A stretch of DNA of 64,000 bases from positions 890,430 through 954,429 of the forward strand of contig CAWCVW010000008.1 in NCBI GenBank assembly GCA_963798965.1, written 5' to 3'. The stretch comes from an uncultured Actinomycetota bacterium (GTDB taxonomy: Bacteria > Actinomycetota > Actinomycetes > Mycobacteriales > Nakamurellaceae). Below the pieces are notes generated by a model. It ran no database searches. It had not been told where the DNA came from and saw only the letters and a program-made list of their open reading frames with translations. Of the stretch, positions 61,773 to 64,000 are shown piece after piece; position 1 is the stretch's first letter; the number at the start of each line of letters is the position of its first letter. A program made the translations under genes and the position numbers.

Positions 61773-63332
61773 GTGAGCGACGGAGCCGCTGTGGTGAGCC
61801 GGGTGGATGCCTTGCTCGACGCTGTGATGGCCGTGTCGTCCGGGCTCGACCTGGATGTCACCCTGCGCAGCATCGTGGACGCGGCTATGCAGTTGGTCGA
61901 CGCGCGGTACGGCGCATTGGGGGTGGTCGATGACGACGGCGCGCTGACCCGGTTCGTGGTCGCCGGCATCGACGAGGAAACCAAGAACTTGATCGGCGCG
62001 ACCCCCACCGGGCAAGGCCTGCTGGGCACCGTCATCCGTAACGGCCATCCCATCCGTCTCGACGACCTCAGCACGCACCGGGCGGCTGTGGGGATGCCGC
62101 CACACCACCCACCGATGAAGACCTTTCTCGGTGTCCCGGTACGCGGCCGGCGGGCCATCGTCGGGCGGCTCTATCTGACCGACAAGAACAACGGCCGGTC
62201 GTTCACCGCCGAGGACGAGGCGTTGGTGATGTCACTGGCGGCGGCCGCGGGTGTGGCCATCGACAACTCGACCTTGTACGAAGACGCGCGAGGGCGGCAA
62301 CGCTGGCTGGAGGCGACGGCCGACGTGACGGCCGTGCTCCTCGCAGGCAGCGAGACCAGTGACGCTCTGCACCTCATCGCGAGCCGGGCCCACGACATGA
62401 CCGGAGCCGATCTGACGCTGATCCTGCTACCGGCGGCGAGGGCGGTGCCGGACGACCATGCCGACGGCATCGATCCCGAAGAGCTTCAGATCGTCGTGGC
62501 CGTCGGGGAGGCCGCAGATGCTTTCTCCGGTCGGCGCGTCCCGGTGCGCGGGACGACATCCGGTGCGGTGTACGGAGATCACGTCCCACGCAACGTCCAC
62601 CATCTCGCGGGGAGGTTGGAGGAGGCGACCGGGGTGAGACTGGGGCCTGCCCTCGTGCTGCCCCTCGGCTCCGACGACGGACCGGGCGGGGTGCTGCTCG
62701 CCGTCCGCAGGGACGGCGCGGCGCCGTTCAACGACACCGAGCTGCAGGTGGTGTCCTCCTTCGCCGATCAGGCGGCGCTGGCACTACAGCGCGCAGATGT
62801 GCAGACGTCCCGGCGTGAGCTCCAGGCGCTGACCGAGCGGGACCGCATCGCCACCGATCTGCACGACCACGTCATCCAGCGTCTGTTCGCGGTGGCAATG
62901 GCGATGGAGGGCACGCAGCGTCGGGTCGATGCACCGCAGATCGCGGCCCGGCTGGCCGACCACGTCGACCAGTTGCACCGGACGATCCTGCAGATTCGCA
63001 GTGCGATCTTCGACCTGCGCCACGAACCCGCGCCGGTTCCGCCGCTGCGCACAACACTTGCGGAGCTCGTTCTCTCGATCACCGCGGGCCACCAGGCGAC
63101 GGTCACGGTCACCATGGCCGGACCGGTCGATGCCGTACCGGCGGACGTCGCTGCGCAGGCGGAGGCGGCGCTGCGCACGGGCCTGTCCGACGCGATCGGC
63201 GAACCGGGTCTGACTTCCCTCACCGTCACCATCGCCGCCGCCGACACCCTCGATGTGAGCATCTCGACCGAGTCCGGCGGGCGCGTGCGCGCGGATGGGG
63301 TACGGCTGCGGTGGTCGAGCCCGCTGCCGTGA
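61773..63332 (+). CDS. DosS/DevS-like double-GAF sensor with intact HisKA_3 and degenerate ATPase domain
   Basis: ARYGALGV, GMPPHHPPMKTFLGVPV, GRLYLTDK, DLHDHVIQRLFA; N and G boxes eroded or deleted. Confidence 0.85.
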   Translation: MSDGAAVVSRVDALLDAVMAVSSGLDLDVTLRSIVDAAMQLVDARYGALGVVDDDGALTRFVVAGIDEETKNLIGATPTGQGLLGTVIRNGHPIRLDDLSTHRAAVGMPPHHPPMKTFLGVPVRGRRAIVGRLYLTDKNNGRSFTAEDEALVMSLAAAAGVAIDNSTLYEDARGRQRWLEATADVTAVLLAGSETSDALHLIASRAHDMTGADLTLILLPAARAVPDDHADGIDPEELQIVVAVGEAADAFSGRRVPVRGTTSGAVYGDHVPRNVHHLAGRLEEATGVRLGPALVLPLGSDDGPGGVLLAVRRDGAAPFNDTELQVVSSFADQAALALQRADVQTSRRELQALTERDRIATDLHDHVIQRLFAVAMAMEGTQRRVDAPQIAARLADHVDQLHRTILQIRSAIFDLRHEPAPVPPLRTTLAELVLSITAGHQATVTVTMAGPVDAVPADVAAQAEAALRTGLSDAIGEPGLTSLTVTIAAADTLDVSISTESGGRVRADGVRLRWSSPLP

Positions 63333-63366
63333 GGAGTGGGTCTTCTGGGGCGATACGGTCACGGAC

Positions 63367-64000
63367 GTGTTCGTCCTGTTACCACCCTCGGAAACCAAGG
63401 CCACCGGTGGCAACGGCCCACCGCTCGATCTGGAGCAGTTGCGATTTCCGGAGTTGACCGGACCGCGGACGATGGTCATCGAGTCGCTGACAGCGCTGTG
63501 CATCGACGTCGAGCGAGCCCGGCGGGCACTGTCGGTGGGTCCGGGAAAAGACGCTGAGATCGCCGCGACCGCAGGACTGCGGGCGGGGCCGACGCTGCCT
63601 GCGCTGCAGCGTTACACCGGTGTGCTCTACGAGGCGTTGGATGTCGCTCATCTGCCCAGCTCGGCGCTGGCACGGGCAGCGGACCGGCTGCTCGTCACGT
63701 CTGCACTGTTCGGCGTCATCGGCGCCGCCGACCGGGTGCCCGCATACCGGTATTCGGCGGGTTCCACCATCCCTGGGTTTCCCCGGCCCGCCGCCTTCTG
63801 GCGTCCGTACCTGACCGGCCATCTGACTGCGCTGGAGAGGCCGGTACTCGACCTGCGATCCGGCGCCTACACGGGTTTCGCGCGGCTCCCCGGCGCCGTC
63901 ACCGTGCGGGTGCTGTCCGAGGACTCAGCAGGTCGACGAAGCATCGTCAGCCACACCAACAAGGCCGCGAAGGGCCGCCTCGCCCGCGCATTGGTGATCA
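63367..64000 (+). CDS. yaaA: Peroxide stress protein YaaA (DUF328), truncated by the window end
   Basis: LLPPSETK, RYTGVLYEALD, SALFG, YRYS, DLRSGAY, SHTNKAAKGRLAR. Confidence 0.88.
   Translation, partial: MFVLLPPSETKATGGNGPPLDLEQLRFPELTGPRTMVIESLTALCIDVERARRALSVGPGKDAEIAATAGLRAGPTLPALQRYTGVLYEALDVAHLPSSALARAADRLLVTSALFGVIGAADRVPAYRYSAGSTIPGFPRPAAFWRPYLTGHLTALERPVLDLRSGAYTGFARLPGAVTVRVLSEDSAGRRSIVSHTNKAAKGRLARALVI

Overview
High-GC actinobacterial chromosome segment; gene order resembles mycobacteria, but the taxon is inferred from synteny only. 1-20 kb is the conserved acnA-ripA-moxR-DUF58-VWA-fabG-fabI-nfeD-SPFH block, with hemZ absent and cstA-ybdD inserted. It is followed by a panG-panC-panB-P1 hydrolase cluster, ndh, sulP, a c-di-AMP riboswitch-controlled rpf, lprG-p55, an ECF41 sigma/CMD pair with its own promoter, a hypoxia-type usp/CBS cluster and prpE. 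49.5-63.3 kb is an accessory, partly decayed stress island: IS21 istB remnant, GAF pseudogene, double-PAP2 operon, spore photoproduct lyase, broken PASTA kinase, usp/acg and a DosS-like sensor with a collapsed ATPase domain. The window ends inside yaaA. No rRNA, tRNA or CRISPR array was seen. The best novelty candidates are an unannotated transcription unit at 29.05-29.35 kb (promoter, strong SD, 12-codon ORF, structured RNA), a NylC-type hydrolase coupled to panB where panD is missing, a heme-type pseudo-kinase, a membrane-anchored tandem L7/L12-CTD protein, and RipA carrying two Excalibur domains. All family calls come from motif recognition by eye; no database searches were run.
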